A model generated the notes under the pieces. The model had not been told where the DNA came from. It saw only the letters and a program-made list of their open reading frames with translations, and made no database searches. Shown here piece after piece: positions 41,201 through 54,000 of a stretch of 64,000 bases of DNA. The number at the start of each line of letters is the position of its first letter. The stretch's first letter is position 1. The DNA is taken from NCBI GenBank assembly GCA_013265495.1, contig MU058540.1, positions 1,699,696 to 1,763,695 on the forward strand. Direction: 5' to 3'. This stretch comes from Vicugna vicugna (taxonomy: Eukaryota). Position numbers and translations under genes: made by a program.

Positions 41201-42849
41201 GCGGGGAGCAGTCACTGGCTGCCAGGTCACCCACACAGCCCTGCCCACTCCCCAGCAGGGGGCTTTGGGGCTTCTCCAGGAACCAGGGGATACCCAATTT
41301 GGGGTGTTGGGGGAGCCATTTTAAGCTGTCACCCCGGTTGCAGTTCCCTGTCTTCCTGGTGTGTGGTGAGTGTCCAGGGCACTGCTAGGGTGGGAAGGAG
41401 GGTGGCCCGGGCAGCTGCTCAGAGTCCCACGAGAGCGTGAGTGTGAGGGTCAAGCAGTGTTCCAAGTGGAAAAGTCAACTGACACCGGAAGTGCCTCAAA
41501 GGGACAGGGGTGCAGGCGGTGATGGGAGGGGGTTGGGGGGGACAGACTTCTGTCCCCCCATGCTCACCCCACCCCCACAATCCTCCAGTCTCCCAGGCCC
41601 CTGAGGTTCACGTTCCATTTCTGCTCCAGTTCCATGGATGTTAATGGCCATTGTTCCATGGAGAAAGACAAAAATGTTTTCAGTTCAGTGGCATTGTTTT
41701 GGACTTTCTCTCTGTGGGCCAAGGGCAGAGGGTGGGAGGCCTTCCCTTGGCAGAGCGGCCCCAGGCAAGGAGGGGTTGTGCTTGATGTGGGAGGGGCAGC
41801 CTGGGTGAGGGGATGGGTGGATTGTCTTGTCTGTCTGTCTGTGCTGGGTGTGCACAGGGAAAGCCCTGAGGGGGCCAGCACTGCCAAGAGGGCAGTGTCC
41901 CTAATACATCTTTGGTTTCCTATGCCTTCTGACCCCTCATGGCCCCCAGCCTCACCATCACTCCTTTAGGCCCTGCTTACTATTTCACTTAGGGTCTCCC
42001 AATTTAGATGAGTGAGCAGCTTTCTCTCTCCGGGCCTCAATTTCCTCATTTGCAACAAAAGAGGCTCCCAAGACTCTTCTTGGTTCTAAGCTTCAGCATC
42101 AACAACTTAGTCAAACCAACAGCCCTTTCTTCACTTCAAGATGCCAGCAGTCAGAGCTGGCCCAGAATCTGGCTGAGCTGATGGCCACCTGGACAGTGGG
42201 CTTGGGAGGGCAAATACCTGCCCCTGGCACCTTGAATATTTTAAACTTGTTTTGTAGTCCAGAATTCCACCCTTAGAGACTCTTTCCTTTAGGGATTATT
42301 TCAAGAGCCGTTTGCAATAAAATGGAGAGTATAACTGCTAACACCTTTAACAATGACTAAGAGTCATCCTTTGCTTATATATTTCTCTTCACAATGTTGA
42401 AATCATTTTCACATACACAATCTCATTTGGGACTGTAACAGCCCAGGAATTAGTTGACCACTGCTAGGGTAAGACCCCAGAGGCTGTGGCTCACGATAAG
42501 AACCTGGACACAGGTAATCTCCTCCAAGGAATTACCTGCATTTTTACAGAGGAACGACCTGAGGGTAAGAATAATCACAAAGGAATGCCTCTCTGGTGGC
42601 AGGAATTTCAAGCCCTGGGACACCAGGCAGGGGAAGCTGTCCAGTGTGGCTGAGAATGGAGATGCCACCCTGGAGTGAGTGTGCACCCACTCAGCCCGGA
42701 GCTGTTGTCACATCAAATGACGGGCCCTCAAGGGTTCACTGAACCCCCTGTGGGAGCAGATCTGTCCGGGAAACACTGGAGAACAACAATGACTTGAAAA
42801 ATAGAGTAAGGGAGAGTGTAAGTGCAGAGATGGGGACAGTGGGTCATGG

Positions 42850-43484
42850 TGATGCAGGAAAATGGATGTGGGGCATGAGGAGGGCTGAGTCCCAGGTCTC
42901 AGCTGAGCCCCTGGGATGTACCCTATCAAGTGTGGGTCCTTGGCTTCGTTCAGGAAAGAATTCAAGTGCGAGCCACCGTTGAGTAAAGGTAGATTTATTT
43001 ACAGAGGTACATACTGCATAGAGTGTAAGGCAAGAGAAAGGCAAGGAAAGAGGTGTGGGGATTGGGTGCTCAGGTTAAAGTAAAAGTAGGTACACACTCC
43101 ACAGATAGAGTGCGGGCCATCTCCAAAGGGGAGAGAGAGCACAAAGGGCCACTAGGTGTGGTGTTGTCACTTTTTATGAATCAGTAGCTTCACATGCCTA
43201 CAGGTGGAATCAGTCCAACTGCCCTGAGGAAGGGGCTGGGATTCCCAGGGATTGGGCCACCACCCATTCTTTGGCCTTTCGCGGTTGGTTAGCCTTGGGG
43301 CTGTCATAGTGCCTGCGGGCATGTTATTTGATCATGCTGTTACAGTGAGCATATAATGAAGCTCAAGTTCTATTAGAAGTCAAACTTCTTAATCCTCAAG
43401 GCCATCTAGGAGGTGAATCTTCCACCATTTTGCTTGCTGTCATTCCTTGAGTGGCTGTGCCCTTCCCTCTTCCTTCCTGTCTCA
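42850..43484 (-). mobile_element. ERV1-type solo LTR (MER41-like), copy A
   Basis: The reverse complement runs TGAGACAGG...TGCATCA and aligns over its full length to 44081-44722. Confidence 0.9.
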
Positions 43485-44080
43485 GAGACACTTTCTTCCT
43501 GGAAGTTGTCATCATCAAGTCAGTGCTTATACCACTACTTGTTGCATGAAAAATAAATGGTCAAGAATGGCCTATGCAGGAATTTACAAGAATATCCTTA
43601 TGGGAGATGAGGGAGCGGTGCTAACAAGTGGCTGTCATCCTTGTAGAAGTGGTTAGAAGGCAGGATTTGGAACCTGAATTGACTAGGGTTTGATTCCCAG
43701 TTCTACCACTTACAAGCTGTAAGACTTCAGGCAGCTTCCATGCTCTCTTTGAACCTCAGTTTGCTTCTCTGTAAAACTGAATGATAAGCTCTGCCTCTAG
43801 GGTAGTTCAAAGCACGAGCAAGATAATGCACAGAAACTATCCAGGATCTAAGAGACCTGATAAATGGTCATTCTTTTTCATTGTGCATACTGAATCTGTT
43901 TCAGGGTTGGTCTCCAATTATTACCAGCCAGTTTCAAATGAGCTTTCGTGCTCAGGTAACCCTTCATGGAGAAGACCACCAGTCTCCCCACCCACTTCTT
44001 CCTGCAGTTACCTCTGTAGCCGTCCAGATTCCACACCAGCTCTCATCCAGTCCCAGTCCTCCCTGACTTCTACTCGCCAT

Positions 44081-44722
44081 TGAGACAGGAGGGAAGGAAG
44101 CAGGCCACAGCCACTCAAGGAATGACAGCAGTTTAACACCAAAATGGTGGAAGATTCACCTCCTAGTGGGCCTTAAGGATTAAGAGGTTTAACTTTTAGT
44201 AGACCTTGAGCTTCATTATGTGCTCACTGTAACAGCATGATCAAATAACATGCCCGCAGGCACCATGACAGCCCCAAGGCTAACCAACCGCGAAAGGCCA
44301 AAGAATGGGTGGTGGCCCAATCCCTGGGAATCCCAGCCCCTTCCGGCGGGCAGTTAGGACTGATTCCACCTGTAGGCATGTGAAGCTACTGAGACCATAA
44401 AAAGTGACAACACCACACCTAGTGGCCCTTTGTGCTCTCTCTCCCCTTTGGAGATGGCCCGCACTCTATCTGTGGAGTGTGTACCTACTTTTACTTTAAC
44501 CTGAGCACCCAATCCCCACACCTCTTTCCTTGCCTTTCTCTTGCCTTACACTCTATGCAGTATGTACCTCTGTAAATAAATCTACCTTTACTCAACGGTG
44601 GCTCGCACTTGAATTCTTTCCTGAGCGAAGCCAAGGACCCACACTTGGTAGCATGTCCCAGGGGCTCAACAGAGACCTGGGACTCAGCCCTCCTCATGCC
44701 CCACATCCATTTTCCTGCATCA
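44081..44722 (+). mobile_element. ERV1-type solo LTR (MER41-like), copy B
   Basis: TG...CA termini, TATA-like CATAAAAAG at 44396 and AATAAA at 44575. Inverted relative to copy A. Confidence 0.9.
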
Positions 44723-44732
44723 TCTCTACACT

Positions 44733-44905
44733 CTAGGGTTCAGTAAACTTGTTCTGTAAAGTGCCATGGAGTGAGTAAATACTTTGAGGCTTTGCAGCCT
44801 AAACCACAGCCATATGACCTCTGTGATAACTACTTAGCTCTGTAGAAAGCAGCCATAAACATTATGTAAATAAATAGGCGTGGCTGTGTTCCACTAACTA
44901 TTTAC
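44733..44905. mobile_element. MER58-like hAT fragment
   Basis: agggttcagtaaacttgttctgtaaag...aaagcagccataaac...ggcgtggctgtgttcca. Confidence 0.65.
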
Positions 44906-46289
44906 ATACATATCTAATTCATCCATTCATCCATCGATTCATCTGCTCATTTATTCATTCATAATTTTTTTTGCTGGGCACCTTCCTATAGCAGGCACTA
45001 TTCTAGGTGATGGGAAGGCAGTAAACAAGATAACCCCCTGCCCTCTTGAAGCTCACAGTCTGTGTTAGTACCCTCCTTGGTGACTGGTGCAATGTTAAAT
45101 AAAGTAGAACTGTTATTGATTCCAGGGTTGGGAGATTAAGCATTATTTGATGTGTTTTTGACCTTGAGGAAAAAGGTAAGTCACATCTGAGGATGAAAGG
45201 CAATATAGAACAGTGGCTAAGTATGGATTCCAGAGCCAAATCATTTCTGCCACATACTAGAAATGTGTCCTCACACAAGTTACTTAGCCTCTCTGTGCCT
45301 CAGTTTCCTCACCTATCCAACGTGAGCGATAATAGCAGTACCTAACACTTAAGATTGTGTTGAGAGTCAACTGAGTGAAAATTTATAACAGAATGCCTGA
45401 CTCCTGGGAAGCCCATTATAAACTTCTGTTAAATAAAGGAGATGTCCAAGAGAAAGAAAAACAGCAATGACTGGGAGTTCAATCACGAGATGGTGCCTAC
45501 TAATTACAATTGTCAGTGTACTAGACTGGGCAAACACTTTAATCTTCCTTGGCTTCTATTTCTTCATTTCAAAGACAAATATAATAACATAAATTTCTAC
45601 TGCCTCTTTCACTTGGGAAGAGTGAGTCCAAATTACCTGCTAATCCCAGAAAAAAGAAAAAAACAAACAAAAAACACTTTATTTCTAAAACATATCTAAA
45701 ACTATGGCTGAATCATGGTTCACTGGAGTGTACAATCAGGTTAAGGAGATGGGATTTACACAGGTAGAACAATTAGGTAACAGGACCAGAGGTAAGCAAC
45801 AGGTCCTTTTCTTGGATCAAGGAGCATTCACGAGGTGGTGAGTATTCCAAGTTTGTGGCATTTGCACGTTGCAGAAGAGCGGAAAGTGAAAGAAGAAAGG
45901 CAGGCTAGGGTCGGATTCTGGAGGGCTTTGAATACCAGGCTGAGTTTATTTAGACTTTACTCTCAGGACCAGAGGTTCACAATAATGTTCCCTGCTTTAG
46001 GATCCCATGACAGGTGACATTCATATGTGAGACTGACATCCATAAGTGTATACAAGAATGGTATGTAGGAGAGATAATCCAGGCTGTGAGTTCCAACGAA
46101 TTCCCTGTGAATGAGTTTACATTTCCAAGCCGTAGTCCCACCTCATCCCACCCCAATCATTTTAATGTTAATTGCTTTACTTTCATGTATTGTGCATGGA
46201 GAAAACGGCTGGTATAAGGTGGGGTTGTTTTTTGTTTTTTTGTTTTTCAGTTTGGGGGAGTTTTTTGTACATGAATACTAAAAATATAT

Positions 46290-48760
46290 TTAAAAAAAAT
46301 GTGTTCTCAGTTTTAGGGTATACCATATACTAGCTAAAGCTTGTTAACTGTGTCACTCAAATCATCTATTATTCTCATTATGACTTGTTTCCTACTTGAC
46401 TTGTAGATTTCTGAGCCTTCATCCATGGCCATAGATTTGTTCATTTCTCCTTCATTTCTACTAGTGTTTGCTTCATGTATTTTGAAATTTGACTGTTAAG
46501 AATCAAAGAAATCATATATTTTTGTAAGACTATAATTTTTTTTCAGTATATCTCCATTGTTTCTCTTAGTGTTTTTTGCCTTGGATTCAACATTGTCTGA
46601 TTTTAATAAAACTGCTTTGTTTTTGTTATCATTTGCTTGGTGTCTTTTCCCCATCTGCTCATATTCAAAATGTTCTTGCCACTTGGTTTACAAATACATC
46701 TGTGTAAACAGCATATAGCAGGACTTTGCCCTTTAACAGAAGAACTGCCTATTTTTTCCATGCATTATTAATGATATTTTTAGACTTATCCTGTCATTTT
46801 ACTTTATGCTTCCTCTTTATCTTGCTTTCTTATCTTGTAAGAATCTTTTTTCCTGCTTTTTGTTACATTGATCAAGTTTTTTACCCCCACCCCAACTTAA
46901 TTCACTCTAGTGATTTGGAAGTTGATTTTTCAATTCCCCATTTTCTGCTGGCTACTTTTGAACTTGAATCCTATATTCTTTAACTCATGATTTTCTATCA
47001 ATGCCTAGAGCTAATCAGGAACTTTCTTCTCCATTAACATTCTTTAACATTTCTCTTCCTCCCCCATTTGCCACCTCCCAAGTTGAGATCATCTGGGTAT
47101 ATTATGGTTCCAAACTGTTGTTTTTGAAATGTTTACATTATGTTTTAATAATTCAGACTTCACTAAAAGTTTTACTAGTTTCTTTGTTCACCACAGTTTC
47201 AGCTTCCCACGCCTTCCTCTTTCTTGAGTTTACTATTTTTTTAATGGAGGGACCTACCCAAGGAATTCTTTAAAGAATATGAGGGTGGCAAACTTTCTCC
47301 TTTTACAACAAAAAATATCTTAAGTTTTCCCTCCCACTTGAATACTTCATTTCCCTTTGGAACTCTGGAGATAGTGTTCCATTGTCTTTTAACATCCAGT
47401 CTGATGCCAATTTAGTAGTATTTTGTTGGTGACTGACTTTTTCCCTCTGTAAGATTCTAGATCTTTTTTCTTTATCTTTGGTGTTCAGAAATTTCACCAT
47501 AACATGTCTAGGTGTGGGTCTTTTTTTACCCTGGGAACATTTAATCTAATGATTGATTTCTTTCTTCAACAACTGGAAAATTTTCTTCTATTAGTTCTTT
47601 AATTATTTTCTCTCTTCTATTCTCTGAAGTTCTATCCTTTTATAATGCCTATTAGACAGATGTTTTTATCTTTTTCTCCAGAATTTCCATCTTTTTATCC
47701 TTTTCACTGTGTTTAAGGAGACTTCTTCAGCTCAGTCTTCCTAATAACCAAATCATTAAATCCAGCTCAGACCATCTACTGAGTTTCAAATTCTGATTAT
47801 CAATTTTTAAATTTCTAAGACCGCGTGTTTATTTTTAAAATGGATTTATTTTTTCCCACCTCTTGAAGATAGTAATTATTCTTCAACTAAAGTGGTTTTG
47901 TTGTTTTTTGTTCTATTATCTCGTTTTCTTCGGTGTTAACGCTTCTGTATGTTAAGTTCAGAGCTGTGCTATCCAATATAGTAGCTGATTGCTATTTAAA
48001 TTTAAACTAATTAAAATTTCAGTTCCTCAGTTGCAACAGCCACATTTCAAGTGGTCACTAGCCACATGTGTTACATGACTACATACATACTGGACAGCTC
48101 AAAGATAGAACACTTTCATCATCATAGAAAGTTATATTGGACAGTACTGGTTTAGAGTTCCTCTGTACCATAGTTTTATTTTCCCTTCATCTTTAGTGAT
48201 TCTTGATGTTCTGCTCATTTTTGTCTGAAAATATCCATTTGCCAGCTTAGTGTTCACTATAGCTTTGTCAGTGATTATTGAGGATGGGAGAGAGAGGAAT
48301 GGCCTGCTCTCAGCTTTTTCTCTGAATGAGGGCTCCCTATTTCCCTCTCAGAGTGTCAGTTGCTTCTTGGAGTGTTGCTCTGCCTCTCCAACGCCAGCAC
48401 GTTGGGGCAAATTGTCTGCTGCCAACTACAGAGCACAGGTCAGGAAGCAGCAAAGAACACTTCTGGGACCTGCTCTGGCTATGTTGAGTCTGTTGTCTCA
48501 GGCTTAGAGCCCCACCTCCACCCCTAAACCATTCTTTCCTCCACAGCGGTCTTCTCTTTCGTATGTGCTAGCTATGGTTTCCTCCAATTTTCTTTCTTTA
48601 TAGTGTTGATGCTATTTCTTCTTTATTTTTCTGGTACCCAATGGTTTTGATATGCTGAGGGCTCTCTTTTGTTTTCTCACACTGTAATATAGTTTGTTTT
48701 CCTATAGTTTTCTGTCATTTTGTGGATTGGGGCAGGAGAAAGGGTCTTCTGCCAGCTTGA
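46290..48760 (-). mobile_element. Very old L1 (L1ME-like) 5' half remnant
   Basis: T-rich. Minus-strand ORF1-like peptide VKFLNTKDKEK...ILQ (47303-47500) and endonuclease-like remnants at ~46330-46650. Confidence 0.7.
47964..48149 (-). mobile_element. MER3 (hAT-Charlie) nested in L1
   Basis: ctgtgctatccaata...ttggacagtactg with an 8-bp TSD gttcagag / gtttagag (7 of 8 match). Confidence 0.85.
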
Positions 48761-50873
48761 CCCAAACTTCAATGATGCCTTTGTATAAGCATCACTCTGC
48801 TCCTTGAAGACCCATTTTATAACTAATACACTAAACCTGTGGCTCCCAAATTCATACAGGCACTGGCAGGCTGCATTAGAATCACCTGAGAATCCACAGG
48901 CCCCGGTCCTCAGGGCTTTGAATGCATAGCTCCACTAGGAGTCGTCAGCCTACTTAGTGGCATGGGTGGGAATGAGGCTCAAGTACTCAAAATCTATCAC
49001 CTACTTTTCAGGCTAGTTTGTGGCCAATGCCCAAATACCCAGGATCTCTAACAGCCAGATGACTCTTTCCGTGAGTGAATGCGACACTGGGCGGGTGTGG
49101 AGATGGGGAATATAAGGGACCTTTTTCTCCTTGGACTGAAGGAAGATGAGAAGTTGCAAAACCCATTGGGCATAACTCAAGGACAAGAGAGATACAATAA
49201 GTACAACTGAATAGAATTGAAATGAATGATTACTGCAGTCCTCTCTCCCTCCCACAGTGATATCAACTTTGCAAACCCCAAAGATCAAAATGGGGCCAGA
49301 AAATTTCCACATCTAGAGATTTTTTTTTTAAACTTTAATTGCTATCCTACTGAGGGGCCCAACTCCAGCTTTGTGGAGATATTTACTGGTTAGATTTACA
49401 GTAATGATTATTATTGTTACCGTTAGGAAGAATACATTCATTGTCTCCAGTGAGCTCACAATGCTGCACAAACATGACCTCATTTCTCCTCTGAACGGGG
49501 CAGGTATTGTTAACTCTGTTTTCCAAAAGAAGGACACAGAGGTCCATTGCAATCCAATGCCTTGAGCAAGGCCACACAGCAAGAGAGGGAGGGAAGAAGG
49601 AACCAGGCCCCAGGCCTCTCCCATTTGGGTCCCAGGGCTCTCCACACTGGTCTAGGCTCACTTGTCTGGTCAGTCCTTTGACTTCCCTAGTGGCCACAGA
49701 TCTGGTTCGAGGGGTCTGAGGAGATCCAAGCAGTTGGGGTCAGCAACATGAGATATCATGAGAGGAATAATCATTATTTTTCACAGGTTCAGCTGCATCC
49801 AGCCTCCAGGCTCATCAACCAAATCCTCCCTAGTTTGTTCCTAGTTTCACCAGGCTCCAATTCAGCTGACTTCTCTCCCCACTTCCTTATCAAGGGACTC
49901 AAGCTCTTCACCCCTGGATCCACCTAAACCAAAAATCATACTCACACCAGATTTGCCCTGTTGCCCCTTGAGTTTCTGCTGCCTACATGTCCTTTGGGTC
50001 AACTGCAGTACATGTTGGTCACTGGGCTTTCTTTGGGCTTTTGCTTCTGCCATCCCCTAAGCCCTTTCCCAGAACACATTTTTTTCCCTCCCTAGCCTCC
50101 ATTCCTCCTATCCAATAAGCTTCAAGGCTCAGTGTGCCCAAGAAATCTTCCCTTGACTTTCCAGAAGTGTCCCTCTCCCTCTCTGAAATATTGCCACCCT
50201 TGTCATTCATTCCACGGATTCAGGGCACCAGGGAGATAATGAGGATACAATAGTGAACAAGCCAGACAAGGTCCCTGCTCTGATGGAGTTTGTATTCTAT
50301 TGGAGGAGATAGGAAAAACAAAAGTAAGGCATTGTGTAAGTCAAGTGTTCATGAGTTGTCATAAGAGTGTATGAAAAGGCTTCCAAAATACATCCCGAAT
50401 TTGACAGTGTCTCTGCATCTTTTGCCCTGTCTAAGAAAAGGCTTGGCTTATCTAGGTACACCTAAAACTTCGTGTGTTAAAGACACACACACACACACAC
50501 AAAAGAGTCAAGTCTCATTTTTATAATATTTTAGTGGAAACAAAAAATGTACAAAATGAAAGTATATGGTAAATATTGTTTGATTCCTAAGGGTAGTTTA
50601 TGCAATTTTTATTTGGTCTTTCTTTTGCAGCTTAATTTATAAATCACAAATAAAAGGAGAAGTGTGACTTTTCTTTCACTTCAGCACTATATATATATCA
50701 TGTGGCTAAAAAGTGATTGCAGACAAGAGCAGACGGGCTGGAGCAGGAGGCAAGACTAGCCCCTACAGGGCCTTGAAGGGCAACCTGAGCAGCTGTATTT
50801 CATCCTCAGAGCAATGGGAAGACATTGCAGGATTTTAACCAGAGAGCAACATGACTTGATTTATACTTTATGA

Positions 50874-51092
50874 CAGAAATCCCCAATGGGGCAGGGGATG
50901 GGGGAGGTGCAGTTTTGCTACCCTTTCCAGGGGGATATTTGACAATGTCTGAAGACATTTTTGGTTGTCACAGCTTGTGGGGGTGTTGCTACTGGCATCT
51001 AGTGGGTAAAGGCCAGTCTGCTGCTAAACATCCAACAATGCACAGGACAGCCCCATGACAAATACCAATAGTGCTGAGGTTGTGAAATTCTG
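50874..51092 (+). mobile_element. MER20
   Basis: MER20 core text with an 8-bp TSD ctttatga / ctttaaga (7 of 8 match). Confidence 0.88.
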
Positions 51093-54000
51093 CTTTAAGA
51101 TGACTCCGGCTGCCCTGTGAAGAATAGACCCTCAAAGCCCAATATTGGAATCAGGGAGACTACCTGGAAGGCCATTTAAATTACTGTCCTCCAGCTGTTA
51201 CACTGATCTGCTGGAAACTTCTCTCCATGTATCCCAAACCTTATCCTCCCTGGTCTGGGGTCTCTGTTTTCTACTGGGTGACAATCAGCCAATCAGCCCA
51301 ACTCATCTTCCCAAGAAGCCCCTTTGTATTCTAACAGTGGCCTTCTGATGACACTGCTGTAACTAACAAGAACAGTCAGATGGGCTGAGCAAAAGAGGAG
51401 CCATTCTGAGGCAGCAACGTGCAGAGGCCATTTGCTCTGTAGGGGAGGATGAGGGGTTACAGAGAGTAGCTCCGAACATGCCCTCTTTCCCGACAGTCAC
51501 AGCTGGGACCTTGTCATGACAGCTGCTGCCAGCTCAGCATTCTCCTCCTCCCTTACCTCCTGAATGCCAGGCCTGTACGAGGTTGCAGAGGATCTGGGCA
51601 CCCAAGGCATGTGATGCCCGGCACTTACAGTGACTTTATGAGTATTTACATCAGCATGAGAACCTATCATTTACAGCCTTGCCATGTAAATCAACAGAGT
51701 TAAAGGGCTCTCCTCTTGCCCCACCCCCCAACTTGAGGTTGGTTTTAAGATTTAGGAAAGGTATGATTGAGCCGTGGTGACAGTGGGAAGTCTGTGGAAG
51801 AAATATCTCCAAAGGAGGAGGGGACTAGTACCTCCTGTGGGGTAGGGCTGGCCAAGCAAATGGGGCAAGTAGAAGAGTTTGTCTTCTGTGCCCCCCGTTA
51901 TGAAACATTCCTCTTCCACTTCTATGGAGCTTTCTAAACTGTATGTGAGGGGGTAAGGGTATCATGAAAATGTTGAAGAAAGCTATTGAAAACCTCCCTC
52001 TGAAAAAATGAACACTGAGAATAAAAGCTTGTATACAATATAGGAGATTCCCCGATCCCCTTAACGCCTATCCACGACCTTATGAACTAATTCACACCAA
52101 CACTGAAATGACTAACAAGGTTCAGTACATTTCTGTTTTAATAGGGAGTAAAACCCTTAAGCCAAACTGGGTTCTTAGTAGGGAAGCGACTCTATCAGTG
52201 GATTGAGACACATTCTAAAGAGGATGGTAAGGCACCTCCTAACTTGCAAAATCTTCCCACATCCCTGTTGTACCTACATAGAAAACTGGGTTTGGAGGTG
52301 AGTAGGGAAACAGGGACTATTTTAAGGCTAATTTGGAATCAAAATGCCACCTAAGACTTGACCCAATGGGGCTTGTTGGGACCCCATACCAGATATTCCT
52401 GGTCAGCCCAGAGCATCTGCTCTTGTTAATGGGCCAATAAAAATTAGGGAGACAAAGGCCGAGCCCTGGTGGTTCAAATGAATCTCCTCTGTAAGAGGGA
52501 ACAATCTCATAAAGAGTTGTAACTGAGCAAACGGAGGGATCATTAGCTTTAACAGTGCTCATTAGGTTGGATTCCAAAGGCTGTGGGACAGGAGAGAGAA
52601 AGCCAGACTCATCATCAGGACTTGGGAGCAGGCTGGCTCACATGGACTTCCCCTGTGGCCCCCAGTGCTGAGCTGAAAGTGGCAGCTCTTGCCACCCCCA
52701 TAGGCTCCCCAGCCCAGGACGACATCCTGGCTACACAGCAAGGAGTCCAGGCCTCAAGGACTAATTCTTTCCTGCTGGGGTAGGGAAAGACAGGGACAAA
52801 GAGCTTGGGGCAAACCATCTCTGGGCTTGGGTAGGCCACCTGGCTCTGGGCTCCCATATGGAAGCCCCTCCCAGGGACATTAAAAGTCTAGCTCCCATGC
52901 CCACAAGCCCCCACTAAAGGATCCCACCAGCCCAGAGCCTGACCTGGGGACTACTGTCAATGCCAGCTACACCCCTGACCCTCCTCCTCCTTCTCTACCC
53001 CAGACAATCCACTGCCAGAAAAACAGAAAACAAACAAACAGGGCCAGCAGAAAACACATCACCAAACAAGACCGCCTCACATTGTCCTCTGTGGTCGGCA
53101 GGGCCTGAAGCCAGAGGCCGCTGGCCTGGAAAAGCCCAAACAGCTCCCTGAGCGCAGCTCCAGAGCAGAGCCTCTCCCCAGGACAGAGTCTGTCTTGCCT
53201 CCTTCTCTGCTGCCTCCTCTTTCTCCCCCTCCTCCATCCTTCTCCTTCTATCCATGATTTCCCTCCCTTTCACTTCTTTTTCTGTCCCCTTTCCCCCCTT
53301 CTCTGTTCTCTTCCTGCATCTATGATGAAATAAATTCACTACACATTGAAGAAATACTACAGAGTACATAAGGCCCAGAGAATAGAAAGCCAATTCACGA
53401 CATGAGTCAGCCACGCCGCTGCCCTGCTTCAAAGTCGTCAGGGTCCTGGAGCCCATGTAACAACGTCAACCCCTTAGCATCAGGTGGATACAGGCTCTTC
53501 ATCTGGCCCATCCCACCTTTCAGATCTCCCACCACCACCTTAAGTACTCATCTCTGGTCAAAGCACGTTATTAATTCCCAGCAGACATTTCCCCCTCTAA
53601 GTCCTTGCTCACCTCACTTCCACCACTTGGAAAGCCCTCACCCTCTCCACCCAACTCCATGTATGGGAATTGTATGTATTCTTTGAGGTCATCTTTAAAC
53701 TCTCCTCTTCCGAGCCTTCCCCAGGCTTCCAGCTGAAATTAATCTATCTCTTTTATGCCCTAATTAGAATTTGACGCTGGCACCTCTGTATTTGGGCATT
53801 TACCACATTCTGCCTTATATTCTAATTATTTAGATGCAAATTTCTCTCTCCTACCTAATTATGAATTTGAAAAGAGAAACAATGTCATCTTTGAATTCCC
53901 GTATCCTTTAAGTTCCCAGCACATAGTGCACAATGAATGTCAAACTCATTAAAAACTGAGTCTGTAGTTATAAAGAAACCCACATACAATTAATTCCACC

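Noticed and set aside
40524..41388. Cluster of 100-188 aa ORFs
   Set aside because: They overlap on both strands, have low-complexity composition and lie partly over an L2 remnant, with no convincing splice or codon signal.
44315..44352. STAT1 GAS sites expected in MER41-like LTRs
   Set aside because: The candidate positions (tccctgggaa, ttccggcggg) do not match TTCNNNGAA, so I cannot claim an interferon-inducible enhancer.
42850..44722. Interpretation as a single provirus or a TIR DNA transposon
   Set aside because: Proviral LTRs are direct repeats, not inverted. The spacer holds host DNA with a MIR and no PBS, gag/pol or transposase, and the outer flanks ATGG/TCTC do not form a TSD.
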